Assembly (NCBI GenBank): GCA_050698355.1
Contig: JBOHBN010000209.1
Span: 663-64,662, forward strand
Reading direction: 5' to 3'
Source of the DNA: Streptosporangiales bacterium
GTDB taxonomy: Bacteria; Actinomycetota; Actinomycetes; Streptosporangiales; WHST01
Length of the DNA stretch: 64,000 nt
Shown here: positions 8,316 to 16,529 of the stretch, in pieces
Position numbering within the stretch: position 1 is the first letter of the stretch
Layout: each line of letters starts with the position of its first letter
The notes under the pieces: model-generated
Told to the model about the DNA's origin: nothing
Database searches by the model: none
Seen by the model: only the letters and a program-made list of their open reading frames with translations
Made by a program: the position numbers and the translations under genes

Positions 8316-9848
8316 ATGTCTGAAACTGGCCCTGGATCGACGGGGACCTCGGACGTCTCGTTCGGCAACGGCGAGAGCCTGGACAAGGGCACCAACTGGT
8401 GGGGTGCGTTCGTCATCGGCCTCGCCGGGACGATCCTCGTCACCGGCTCCGCGCCGGTCTTCGTGACGACGTTCGGTGCGTCCTACGTCCCCATCATCGT
8501 CTTCTTCACCCTGACCGGTTGGGTGCTGTGCCTGCTGCTCGCGGAGCTGTCCGGCATGATGCCCGACCGCACCGGCGGGTCGCCGACGTACGCGGCGCCC
8601 GCGTACCGCAAGTGGCCGCGGCTCGCCGGCCACGTCAACGGCGTGACCTCGTGGATGTACTGGCTCGGGTGGACGCCGGTGGCGCCGCTGAACATGATCC
8701 TCGCGTCGTTCTACATCGGCGAGCTGTTCGGCCTGGACATGACCAAGGGGTTCACGCCGATCAGTACGTTCGTGTCCTGGTGGACGATCGGCATTGCCCT
8801 CGTCGGGATCGCGCTGCTGGCCTCGGCGGCGTACATGGGCATCAAGTTCGGCACCGGTGTCGCGACCGTGCTGGCGATCCTGGCGATGCTGCCGCTCACT
8901 TTCCTGTCCATCGGCTGGGTCATCAGGCCGTCGGCGGCCGACTGGAGCGAGCTGATCGGTTTCCACCAGCTGGACGGGTCGTCCTTCGTGAGCCCGCTCA
9001 TGGGGCATCCGGCGTGGCTGGTCTACCTGGCGTTCGCGTTCCCGTTGACATGGACCGTGATCGCGATGGAGGCTGCGGCGTGCTACATCGGCGAGTGCCG
9101 GAAACCGGACCGGGACGCGAAGGTCGCGATGACGCTGGAAGGCGGCTACGGCGTCTTCGTCTACACGCTGCTGCCGATCTCGTTCATCGTCGTGCTCGGC
9201 GCGTCCGCGCTCACCGACCCTGATCTGGTCGACCCGAAGACCATCTTTGTGACGTTCGCGAGCCGCATCTTCCCCGGCGTGGCCGGCCACATCCTGGAGT
9301 GGGCGATCGCCCTCATGCTGATCGTCGCGCTCGCGCTGTCGGCGTTGAACGCGTTGATGGGGTGTTCACGCGCGCTGTACCAGATCTCGAGCGACGGCGA
9401 CCTGCCGCGGTGGTGGCAGCACAAGAACAAGCACGGCATCCCCGATCACGCGATGTTCACCAACGTCGGCCTGTCCGTTCTCGGCATCTTCATGGGCGGC
9501 GCCGCGGAGATCTACGCGTTCTCCAACGTCGGTTACCTGGGCTCGTTCGTGCCCGTCCTGGTGGGGTTCTACCTGCTGCGCAAGTACTACCCGGACGCGC
9601 GGCGACCGTTCAAGCTGCCGGAGTTCTCCAAGTACATCGCGCTGGGGATGGCGGTGCTGTACTTCGTCATCTGGTTGTTCGGCGGCATCATCTACTCGTT
9701 CATCGGCGGCAACGCCATCTACTACTTCCTCGGCTGGGTGATCGCCCTGTTGTACCTGCCGCTGTACTGGTACCGCACCCGGGTAGAGGACAAGAAGCAC
9801 GGGGCGGCCCTGGTTGCGACCGGGTCGCCGGGTGGGGAGGACCGATGA
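8316..9848 (+). CDS. APC-superfamily amino-acid/amine permease
   Basis: ATG at 8316 follows AGGGAGG. It is a polytopic hydrophobic protein of about 510 aa (WWGAFVIGLAGTILV.., 12 TM-like segments). The upstream part of the 821-aa track ORF is shadow of gmaS. Confidence 0.85.
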   Translation: MSETGPGSTGTSDVSFGNGESLDKGTNWWGAFVIGLAGTILVTGSAPVFVTTFGASYVPIIVFFTLTGWVLCLLLAELSGMMPDRTGGSPTYAAPAYRKWPRLAGHVNGVTSWMYWLGWTPVAPLNMILASFYIGELFGLDMTKGFTPISTFVSWWTIGIALVGIALLASAAYMGIKFGTGVATVLAILAMLPLTFLSIGWVIRPSAADWSELIGFHQLDGSSFVSPLMGHPAWLVYLAFAFPLTWTVIAMEAAACYIGECRKPDRDAKVAMTLEGGYGVFVYTLLPISFIVVLGASALTDPDLVDPKTIFVTFASRIFPGVAGHILEWAIALMLIVALALSALNALMGCSRALYQISSDGDLPRWWQHKNKHGIPDHAMFTNVGLSVLGIFMGGAAEIYAFSNVGYLGSFVPVLVGFYLLRKYYPDARRPFKLPEFSKYIALGMAVLYFVIWLFGGIIYSFIGGNAIYYFLGWVIALLYLPLYWYRTRVEDKKHGAALVATGSPGGEDR

Positions 9849-10366
9849 CGACCACACCTCGGCGCACCCTGGCGCCTCCCCGGCGCACGGCGGACGCGGG
9901 CGGCGACACCGGTCATGCGGATGATGCGGCGGCGCCCGCGGCACGGGTGCTGCTCGCGTCGGTCGACGGGTGGTTCAGCCGGCAGGCACTCCGCGAGGCG
10001 ATGCGGCTCGCCGGGCCACGCGGGGGTGTCTACGTCGTGAGCACCGCCCGCGTCTACGGTTCCGGGTTCGGCCTGCCGCACCCGGGCCTGTACCCCAACC
10101 GCAGCGAACGGGAGGCGCACAGGAAGGCGGTCGCGGACGCCGTACGGGCGGTCGAGCGGACCGGGCGTGCCGCGCGCGGTGAGGTACTCGCCACCCGGCA
10201 CGCGGCGAAGATGGTGGCGCGCAGCGCGCGCAAGCAGGGCTGTACCCGGATAGTGGTCGGCGCCGCGCCCCGACCCCGGTTCACCATGCTCAGCTGGGCC
10301 GGCGAGCCGTACCGGCTGGAGCGGCGAGCCAAGGTGCCGGTGCACCTGGTCGTCGACGACAGCTGA
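9845..10366 (+). CDS. Universal-stress-protein-like (adenine-nucleotide alpha-hydrolase fold) protein
   Basis: ATG at 9845 overlaps the permease stop (ATGA). The pattern RVLLASVDGW...AKMVARSARKQGCTRIVVGAA..VPVHLV fits the USP strand pattern. The family call is weak. Confidence 0.55.
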   Translation: MTTTPRRTLAPPRRTADAGGDTGHADDAAAPAARVLLASVDGWFSRQALREAMRLAGPRGGVYVVSTARVYGSGFGLPHPGLYPNRSEREAHRKAVADAVRAVERTGRAARGEVLATRHAAKMVARSARKQGCTRIVVGAAPRPRFTMLSWAGEPYRLERRAKVPVHLVVDDS

Positions 10367-10408
10367 GCTTGCCGCCTTTTGGGGGCCCTACCAAGATCCG
10401 TTCTTTCC

Positions 10409-10442
10409 GGCCGCGACGCGCAGGTTTCTACGCGTTGCGGCC
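10409..10442 (+). terminator. GC-rich hairpin downstream of the USP gene
   Basis: GGCCGCGACGCG-N10-CGCGTTGCGGCC (one G.U pair). It is nested inside an outer pairing CAAGATC (10392-10398) / GATCTTG (10453-10459). Confidence 0.5.
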
Positions 10443-10465
10443 AGGCGAAACAGATCTTGAACCCG

Positions 10466-10496
10466 GAGCTCGGTGCACTCGCCTCAGCGCGCTCGG
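10466..10496. repeat. Left copy of a perfect 31-bp direct repeat flanking the RelE/antitoxin cassette
   Basis: GAGCTCGGTGCACTCGCCTCAGCGCGCTCGG is identical to 11065-11095. It contains the last codons and stop of the toxin gene. Confidence 0.95.
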
Positions 10497-10762
10497 TACG
10501 CCGTCGATCGGTGGCGGATATCCAACACGACGACGGTGTGCGTGCGGTCGTCGACCTCGTACAGCACGCGCCAGTCGCGGCCGAGCCGAGCGCTGTAGAT
10601 GCCGACGAGTTCCTCGCCGAGCGGTTTGCCGACGCGGCGCGGGTTGTCGAGCAAGGGGCCGGTGATGAATTCTGCGGCCGCGGTGGCGACTTCAGGTGGT
10701 AGCCGTTCGCTAAGGGCACGACGAGCTGGCGGTGCCGTACCGAGTTCGTACGGCTCATTCAC
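10484..10762 (-). CDS. RelE/ParE-family type II toxin
   Basis: 92 aa ending ...GKPLGEELVGIYSARLGRDWRVLYEVDDRTHTVVVLDIRHRSTAYRAR, the typical RelE/ParE C-terminal beta-sheet. Its start overlaps the antitoxin stop by 4 nt. Confidence 0.8.
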   Translation of the reverse strand: MNEPYELGTAPPARRALSERLPPEVATAAAEFITGPLLDNPRRVGKPLGEELVGIYSARLGRDWRVLYEVDDRTHTVVVLDIRHRSTAYRAR

Positions 10763-11016
10763 GAGGCGCGGCGCCGCGCCACCAAGGCGTGCACCGCGTC
10801 GGCGCCGTAGGTCACGTCACCCGAGCGCACCGCTTCGCGTGCTTCTGCGAGCGCGCGTAACGTGTCGGGCTCGGACTTGATCTCGGCAGTTTCCCGCAAT
10901 GCAAGGTAGGTCTCGACTGCGTGCAGGACCGTTTGGTGCACGCTTCGGTGGTCTTCCTCGGCGGCCGCGCGCAACTCCGCCTCGAGATTGGTCGGAAGCC
11001 GTAACGTCATTGCCAT
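10759..11016 (-). CDS. Ribbon-helix-helix-type antitoxin
   Basis: 85 aa MAMTLRLPTNLEAELRAAAEEDHRSVHQTVLHAVETYL (RHH N-terminus). It is translationally coupled to the toxin. Confidence 0.7.
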   Translation of the reverse strand: MAMTLRLPTNLEAELRAAAEEDHRSVHQTVLHAVETYLALRETAEIKSEPDTLRALAEAREAVRSGDVTYGADAVHALVARRRAS

Positions 11017-11064
11017 ACTATTATGGTAGCAGAATGCACCATTAAGGTAAGCCCGGCCCGTGGC
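11017..11064 (-). promoter_or_regulatory. Putative promoter/operator of the TA cassette
   Basis: This is an AT-rich patch unusual for this DNA. Read on the minus strand it is TTAATG-N16-TAATAG, about 7 nt before the ATG, so the mRNA could be leaderless. It also carries short palindromes CCATA..TATGG and TGGT-N10-ACCA. Confidence 0.35.
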
Positions 11065-11095
11065 GAGCTCGGTGCACTCGCCTCAGCGCGCTCGG
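11065..11095. repeat. Right copy of the 31-bp direct repeat
   Basis: Identical to 10466-10496. It contains the last codons (..RAR) and stop of the AraC-family gene. Confidence 0.95.
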
Positions 11096-11865
11096 CCGGT
11101 GCGTCCCGGATCGTGCGGCGTCGAGAGGGCCGCGAGCGCGACGAGTACGGGCGGCTCCGTCGGATCGTGCGCGCGCAGCCGAACATCGCGGTGCAGGCAT
11201 TCGCCGCCGGTGCGCACCCGGCACGGTTCGAGCGCGGCGCCAACCAGCGTGCGGGCGTCTGGGAGCAGCCGCCAGAGCGCGTCGGTGCCGGCGGGGAAAC
11301 CAGCAGCGAGCAGCCGGTAGCTGCCGATGGGCATGCCCGTGATTTCGAACGGGCCCGGCCCCGGGAGGTACGCGCCCGCGACCGGACGCGCCTGCGCGAT
11401 CGCCTGTGGGAACAGCCCCACGTAGACCCCATCGCAGCCGGGGTCCTCGATCCGGCCGCGTACGACCGCACCCGGCGCTGGGCCGGGCACTGCGACACGG
11501 GCCGCGGGCTTGTCACCGGCGCTGTCCGGCAACCGCTGGAAGCCGACCGGGTTGACGCCGACCAGCTTGCTGAACCGGGACGAGAACGTGCCGAGGCTGT
11601 TGAACCCGACCTCGAAGCAGACGTCGGTCACCGACAGGTCGGTGCGAAGCAGCAGCTGTTTCGCGCGCTCGAAACGCAACGCCCGGCGGAACTCACCTGG
11701 GGGTACGCCGACGGTCGAGCGGAACAGCCGGGCCAGGTGGAACGGGCTGTAACCGACGGCGTCGCCCAGGTCCGTCAGCGTGAGCCGGGCATGGAGACCT
11801 GTCCGCAGTACCTCGACCGACCGGGCGATCACGCCCGGATGCTCGTCGGCGAGTGTGTCCGTCAT
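11083..11865 (-). CDS. AraC-family transcriptional regulator (N-terminal HTH, C-terminal effector domain)
   Basis: 260 aa with the double HTH LTLTDLGDAVGYSPFHLARLFRSTVGVPPGEFRRALRFERAKQLLLRTDLSVTDVCFEVGFNSLGTFSSRFSKLVG. Confidence 0.85.
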   Translation of the reverse strand: MTDTLADEHPGVIARSVEVLRTGLHARLTLTDLGDAVGYSPFHLARLFRSTVGVPPGEFRRALRFERAKQLLLRTDLSVTDVCFEVGFNSLGTFSSRFSKLVGVNPVGFQRLPDSAGDKPAARVAVPGPAPGAVVRGRIEDPGCDGVYVGLFPQAIAQARPVAGAYLPGPGPFEITGMPIGSYRLLAAGFPAGTDALWRLLPDARTLVGAALEPCRVRTGGECLHRDVRLRAHDPTEPPVLVALAALSTPHDPGRTGRAR

Positions 11866-11907
11866 CGGTGGCGACTGTACGGGCGAGTACGGGCGGCTCC
11901 ACCCGCG

Positions 11908-13278
11908 CTAGCCGGGCGAGGGCGCGGCCTCCTGCTTCTTGATGTCCGGCACCTCGGTGCCCCTGAGGGAGGCGCGCGCCGTCTCGGGTGCGCGCCACAC
12001 CGCGATGATGCCGACTACGCAGGCGCCCATCATGTAGTAAGCGGGCCACAGGGTGATGCCGTGCTCCGCAACGACGTACTTGTCGATGAGCGGCACCGTC
12101 CCACCGAACGCCGCTGTGGATATGTTGTACGCGAGCGCGAAGCCCGCGTACCTGACGTGGGTGGGAAAGAGCGCCGGGAAGGTCGCGGAGATGGTGCTCA
12201 GCTGCAACACGAGCAGCAGGCCCAGAACGAGGAAGCCGACCACGGCCCACCCGATGTTGATCCGCATCACAAGGAACGCCGGTATGGACAGTACGAGAAA
12301 GCCGACTCCGGAGATGTACCAGAGCGGTTTTCGGCCTATGTGGTCGGACCATCTCCCAGCGAGATTGATCACGCACATCATGCCCGCGTACACGCAGGCG
12401 GTGATGAGTAGCGCCGTGCTCGAGCTCAGGTGGATTGTGTCTCCGAGGTATGTCGGCATGTAGGTGAGCAGCGTGTAGTCGGTGACGTTCAGCATGATCA
12501 CCATGCCGCCGCAGACCAGCAACGGTCGCCACTGCCGGAAGATGTCCGCCCATTGGGTGGCGGTGCTGGTTTCCTTCTGCCCCGACTCCTCCAGCTCGCG
12601 GAACACCGGGGTGTCTTCGAGCTTTAGTCGCATGTAAAGACCGACGGCGCCGAGTGGGGCGGCGACCAGGAACGGGATGCGCCAACCCCATGCCTGCATC
12701 GCGTCCGGGCCGATGAGGAACGAGACGACCGTAGTGATGACGATGGCCAAGAGATAGCCGGACAGGGTGCCGAACTCCAGGAAGCTGCCGAGGAAGCCGC
12801 GGCGCCTGTTCGGCGCGTACTCGGCCATGAAGGTTGCAGCTCCCCCGTACTCGCCGCCCGTGGAGAAGCCCTGGACCATCCGGAGGAACACCAAGATGAT
12901 CGGCGCGGCGACACCGATGGTGTCGTAGCCGGGCACTACACCGAGCAGGAAGGTGCAGCTCGCCATCAGGATGATGGTGAGGGCGAGGATCTTCTGCCGG
13001 CCGAGCCGGTCGCCGAGTGGCCCGAAGACGATGCCGCCGAACGGCCGTACGGCGAAGGAGACGGCGAACACGCCGAACGCCGACAGGGTTTGCAGCGTCG
13101 GGTCGTCACCTGGAAAGAAGTTTGCGCCGATGGCCGACGCCACGTAGGCATACGAGCCGTAGTCGTACCACTCGGTGGCGTTCCCCATCGCCGAGCCGGC
13201 GATGGCCCGGCGAAGGGTGCTCTTGTCGGGCGCCGCGATGTCGTCGTCGCCCCGGGGTGCCGCGTACTCGTCTGCCAT
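11908..13278 (-). CDS. MFS transporter, metabolite:H+ symporter (ProP/KgtP-like) family
   Basis: Start chosen at ATG 13278 (MADEYAAP..), preceded by GGAGGC. MHS-type motifs include GNATEWYDYGSYAY, GPLGDRLGRQK and VQGFSTGGEYGGAATFMAEYAP. Confidence 0.85.
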   Translation of the reverse strand: MADEYAAPRGDDDIAAPDKSTLRRAIAGSAMGNATEWYDYGSYAYVASAIGANFFPGDDPTLQTLSAFGVFAVSFAVRPFGGIVFGPLGDRLGRQKILALTIILMASCTFLLGVVPGYDTIGVAAPIILVFLRMVQGFSTGGEYGGAATFMAEYAPNRRRGFLGSFLEFGTLSGYLLAIVITTVVSFLIGPDAMQAWGWRIPFLVAAPLGAVGLYMRLKLEDTPVFRELEESGQKETSTATQWADIFRQWRPLLVCGGMVIMLNVTDYTLLTYMPTYLGDTIHLSSSTALLITACVYAGMMCVINLAGRWSDHIGRKPLWYISGVGFLVLSIPAFLVMRINIGWAVVGFLVLGLLLVLQLSTISATFPALFPTHVRYAGFALAYNISTAAFGGTVPLIDKYVVAEHGITLWPAYYMMGACVVGIIAVWRAPETARASLRGTEVPDIKKQEAAPSPG

Positions 13279-13309
13279 CGGGTCGCCTCCTGTAGGTGAG
13301 CCCTTCGGC

Positions 13310-14566
13310 TCAGCCGTTGACCGCCAGGCCGACCGCCTTGGCCCAGATCTCGAGGGCCGCGTCGATCTGCTCGGCTCCCACGACAAGTGCGGGAATCATG
13401 CGTACGACGTTTCCGTGCGCACCGCAAGTTAGCAGCAACAGCCCGTTGTCCGCAGCGGCGCGCTGGGCCCGTTCCGCCGTGTCGGTGTCGGGGTTGCCGG
13501 CCTCGTCGGTGAACTCGTTGCCGAGCATCAGGCCCAGCCCGCGCACGTCGCCGATGACGGAGTGCTCCGCGGCTACGCTACGTAGCCCGTCGGCGAGGCG
13601 CTTGCCCATTCGGCCTGCGTTCTCGACCAGGCCCTCGTCCCTGATCACGTCGAGCGTGGCGCTCGCCGCCACGCACGCAACCGGGTTCGCTCCGTAGGTG
13701 CCGCCCTGCGAGCCGGGCCACGCCTTGGCCATCAGGGCTTCCGGAGCGGCGAGCGCGGAGAGTGGGAAACCGCTCGCGAGGCCCTTGGCGGTGACGAGCA
13801 CGTCGGCGCGGGTGCCGAAGTGGTCGTGCCCCCAGAACCGTCCGGTACGGCCGAAGCCGGTCTGCACCTCGTCCATGACGAGCAAGATGCCGAGCCTGTC
13901 GGCGCGCTCGCGCAGGCCGGCGAGGAAGCGCTCGTTGGCCGGTACGTACCCGCCCTCGCCGAGCTGCGGTTCGACGAAGAACGCCGCGGTGTCGGACGCG
14001 GGTGCGGTCGTCGCGAGCACGTAGTCCAACTCCCGCAACGCGAAGTCGGTGGCCGTGTCCTCATCCCAGCCGTACCTGTAGGCGTACGGGAAGGGCGAGA
14101 CCGCGACACCGGACGGCATCGGGCCGATGCCGGCGCGGAACTTGGTGCCGGAGGTGGTGAGCGCGGCGGCGCCGTACGTCCGGCCGTGGAAGGAGCCGTG
14201 GAACACCACGATGTTCTCCTTGCCGGTGGCCTGGCGTACGAGGCGCATCGCGGCCTCGATCGCCTCGCTGCCGGAGTTGACGAAGAACAGCGAGTCGATC
14301 CCGGGCGGCAGGACCTGGCCCAGCTTCTCGGTCAGGTCGCGCAGCGGCTTGCTGAGCACGGTCGTGTACTGGCCGTGGATCAGCGTCGCCACCTGCTCCT
14401 GCGCGGCGGCGACGACCGTCGGGTGGCAGTGCCCGGTGGAGGTGACGCCGATGCCCGCGGTGAAGTCGAGGTACTGGCGCCCGTCGTCGTCGTAGAGATA
14501 GACACCCTCCCCGCGGGACGCACGCACGGGCGTGGCTTGCTTGAGGTGCGGGGATAGCTGGGCCAT
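13310..14566 (-). CDS. gabT: Class-III PLP aminotransferase, 4-aminobutyrate aminotransferase type
   Basis: Start at ATG 14566 (MAQLSPHLKQ), preceded by GAGGAG. Motifs are GIGVTSTGHCHP, FFVNSGSEAIEAA, LVMDEVQTGFGRTG and TAKGLASG. It is divergent from gabD. Confidence 0.8.
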   Translation of the reverse strand: MAQLSPHLKQATPVRASRGEGVYLYDDDGRQYLDFTAGIGVTSTGHCHPTVVAAAQEQVATLIHGQYTTVLSKPLRDLTEKLGQVLPPGIDSLFFVNSGSEAIEAAMRLVRQATGKENIVVFHGSFHGRTYGAAALTTSGTKFRAGIGPMPSGVAVSPFPYAYRYGWDEDTATDFALRELDYVLATTAPASDTAAFFVEPQLGEGGYVPANERFLAGLRERADRLGILLVMDEVQTGFGRTGRFWGHDHFGTRADVLVTAKGLASGFPLSALAAPEALMAKAWPGSQGGTYGANPVACVAASATLDVIRDEGLVENAGRMGKRLADGLRSVAAEHSVIGDVRGLGLMLGNEFTDEAGNPDTDTAERAQRAAADNGLLLLTCGAHGNVVRMIPALVVGAEQIDAALEIWAKAVGLAVNG

Positions 14567-14581
14567 GGGTAACTCCTCGTA

Positions 14582-14597
14582 GGATTGTTGACAATCC
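14582..14597. promoter_or_regulatory. Palindromic operator-like 16-mer GGATTGTTGACAATCC in the gabT/gabD intergenic region
   Basis: 7-bp arms GGATTGT/ACAATCC with a 2-nt centre. The same core ATTGTTGACAATCC recurs at 23304-23317 and 24722-24735. Confidence 0.55.
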
Positions 14598-14691
14598 GCC
14601 ACGATACAGGCTGTGCTGCCGCCGGCAACAGTGACTCGCGGCGCTCGATACGCTGCGAAGTACGGCAACGTGAGCGAAGGAGTGGTGCGAG

Positions 14692-16161
14692 ATGTCGACC
14701 CTTGAACAGGAGACCTCGGTCGTCAAGGCGGTACCGAAGGACCTGTACATCGGGGGCTCGTGGCGCCCCGCGGAGGGTGGCGCGACGTTCGACGTCGAGG
14801 ACCCGGCGACCGGCAAGACGCTCTGTGCGGTCGCCGACGCGTCTCCCGCGGACGGCATGGCGGCAATGGATGCGGCCGTGGCCGCGCAGGGGGAGTGGGC
14901 GCAGTACCCGGCACGCGAGCGCGGCGAGATCCTGCGCCGTGGCTACGAGGCGTTGATGGACAGGCAGGACGAGCTCGGCCTGCTCATGACGCTGGAGATG
15001 GGCAAGCCGCTCGCGGAGGCGAAGGGCGAGATCGCGTACGCCGCGGAGTTCTTCCGCTGGTTCGCCGAGGAGGCGGTTCGCATCGACGGCGGCTACGCTC
15101 CGTCCGCGAACGGCCAGGACCGGGTCATCGTGATGCGTCAGCCCGTCGGCCCGACCATCCTCATCACGCCGTGGAACTTCCCGATGGCGATGGGCACGCG
15201 CAAGGTCGGCCCGGCGATCGCCGCCGGCTGCACCGTGGTGCTGAAGCCCGCCGACCTGACCCCGCTCTCGGCGCTCGCGATGACCGAGATGCTCGAGCAG
15301 GCCGGGCTGCCGGCCGGCGTGGTCAACGTGGTGACCACCAAGGACGCCGGCGGGGTGATGGAGCCGCTGATCCGCAGTGGCAAGGCGCGCAAGCTGTCGT
15401 TCACCGGCTCGACCGCGGTCGGCAAGAAGCTGCTGGAGCAGGCGTCGGAGAAGGTGCTGCGCACCTCGATGGAGCTGGGCGGCAACGCGCCGTTCCTCGT
15501 CTTCGACGACGCCGACCTCGACGCCGCCGTCGACGGCGCGATGCTCGCCAAGATGCGCAACGTCGGGGAGGCGTGCACGGCGGCCAACCGGTTCTACGTG
15601 CACGAGTCCGTCGCCGACGACTTCGCCCGCCGGCTCGCCGGGCGGATGTCGGCGTCCGTGGTCGGTCGCGGTACCGACGATGGCGTCACGGTGGGCCCGC
15701 TCGTCGAGGGGCGCGCGGTGGAGAAGGTCCAGGGCCTCCTCTCGGACGCTGTGGACAAGGGCGCGCGCGTCGTGACCGGAGGCGAGCCGACGAACGGCAC
15801 CGGGCACTTCTTCACCCCGACCGTGCTCACCGACATCCCCGAGTCGGCGCAGATGCGGCGAACCGAGATCTTCGGTCCGGTCGCCGCGATCTCCACGTTC
15901 ACGTCCGAGGACGAGGTGATCGCGGAGGCGAACGACACCGAGTACGGGCTGGTGTCGTACGTCTACACCCGTGACCTCGCCCGGGCGCTGCGGGTGTCCG
16001 AGCGGCTGGACTCCGGCATGGTCGGCCTGAACAAGGGCATGGTGTCGAACGCCGCGGCCCCGTTCGGCGGTGTCAAGCAGTCCGGCATCGGCCGCGAGGG
16101 CGGCCGGCTCGGCATCGAGGAGTTCCTCGAGGTCAAGTACGTCGCCGTACCCGCGCCGTAA
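14692..16161 (+). CDS. gabD: NAD(P)+-dependent succinate-semialdehyde dehydrogenase
   Basis: 489 aa of the aldehyde dehydrogenase family with ITPWNFP, FTGSTAVGKKL, ELGGNAP and EEIFGPV-like (TEIFGPV) motifs. GAAGGAG lies before the ATG. Confidence 0.85.
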   Translation: MSTLEQETSVVKAVPKDLYIGGSWRPAEGGATFDVEDPATGKTLCAVADASPADGMAAMDAAVAAQGEWAQYPARERGEILRRGYEALMDRQDELGLLMTLEMGKPLAEAKGEIAYAAEFFRWFAEEAVRIDGGYAPSANGQDRVIVMRQPVGPTILITPWNFPMAMGTRKVGPAIAAGCTVVLKPADLTPLSALAMTEMLEQAGLPAGVVNVVTTKDAGGVMEPLIRSGKARKLSFTGSTAVGKKLLEQASEKVLRTSMELGGNAPFLVFDDADLDAAVDGAMLAKMRNVGEACTAANRFYVHESVADDFARRLAGRMSASVVGRGTDDGVTVGPLVEGRAVEKVQGLLSDAVDKGARVVTGGEPTNGTGHFFTPTVLTDIPESAQMRRTEIFGPVAAISTFTSEDEVIAEANDTEYGLVSYVYTRDLARALRVSERLDSGMVGLNKGMVSNAAAPFGGVKQSGIGREGGRLGIEEFLEVKYVAVPAP

Positions 16162-16184
16162 CCGCGCGGGTGGTCCAGGCCTGT

Positions 16185-16240
16185 GGGCCGCAAAGTGCCC
16201 TTGGTGCCCCTATGAAGGCATCATGGGCACCTTGCGGCCC
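16185..16240. terminator. Bidirectional hairpin between convergent gabD and the gvp cluster
   Basis: GGGCCGCAAAGTGCCC (16185-16200) pairs with GGGCACCTTGCGGCCC (16225-16240). These are 16-nt arms with one mismatch. Confidence 0.55.
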
Positions 16241-16274
16241 CATGTGAGCGTGACGGGCACTATGCGCCCTGGCC

Positions 16275-16490
16275 CTAGGAGAGTGACTGGACGCGCTTGA
16301 GCATCGGGATGCTCGGGAAGCGATCGTCGCGGATCTTGGTGAGCAGTAGCTCGGCGTAAGCGGGCACCTCGTCGGGCTCGAGCAGCGACTCGATCATGTC
16401 GAGCATGGTGTACGAGGGGTAGATGTCCTCGTCGACCTTGCTGATGAGCATGTCCAGCAGCTGTTCGCGAACGGACTGGTCTTCTGCCAT
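16275..16490 (-). CDS. Small acidic hypothetical protein (71 aa), last gene of the gas-vesicle operon
   Basis: MAEDQSVREQLLDMLISKVDEDIYPSYTMLDMIESLLEPDEVPAYAELLL... It is preceded by a duplicated SD-like GGAAGGACAGGAAGGACAGG. I recognise no family. Confidence 0.5.
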   Translation of the reverse strand: MAEDQSVREQLLDMLISKVDEDIYPSYTMLDMIESLLEPDEVPAYAELLLTKIRDDRFPSIPMLKRVQSLS

Positions 16491-16529
16491 TGCCTGTCCT
16501 TCCTGTCCTTCCTGGCTCCTGCGCCGGCG

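Noticed and set aside
10466-11095. The direct-repeat-flanked TA cassette considered as an IS element or MITE.
   Set aside because: There is no transposase, no terminal inverted repeats, and the repeats are direct and 31 bp long. I report it as a cassette insertion scar rather than annotating a mobile element.
16491-16515. The direct 10-nt duplication GGAAGGACAG GGAAGGACAG upstream of the 71-aa gene.
   Set aside because: It is most simply a duplicated Shine-Dalgarno region. It is too short and isolated to support a separate regulatory claim.
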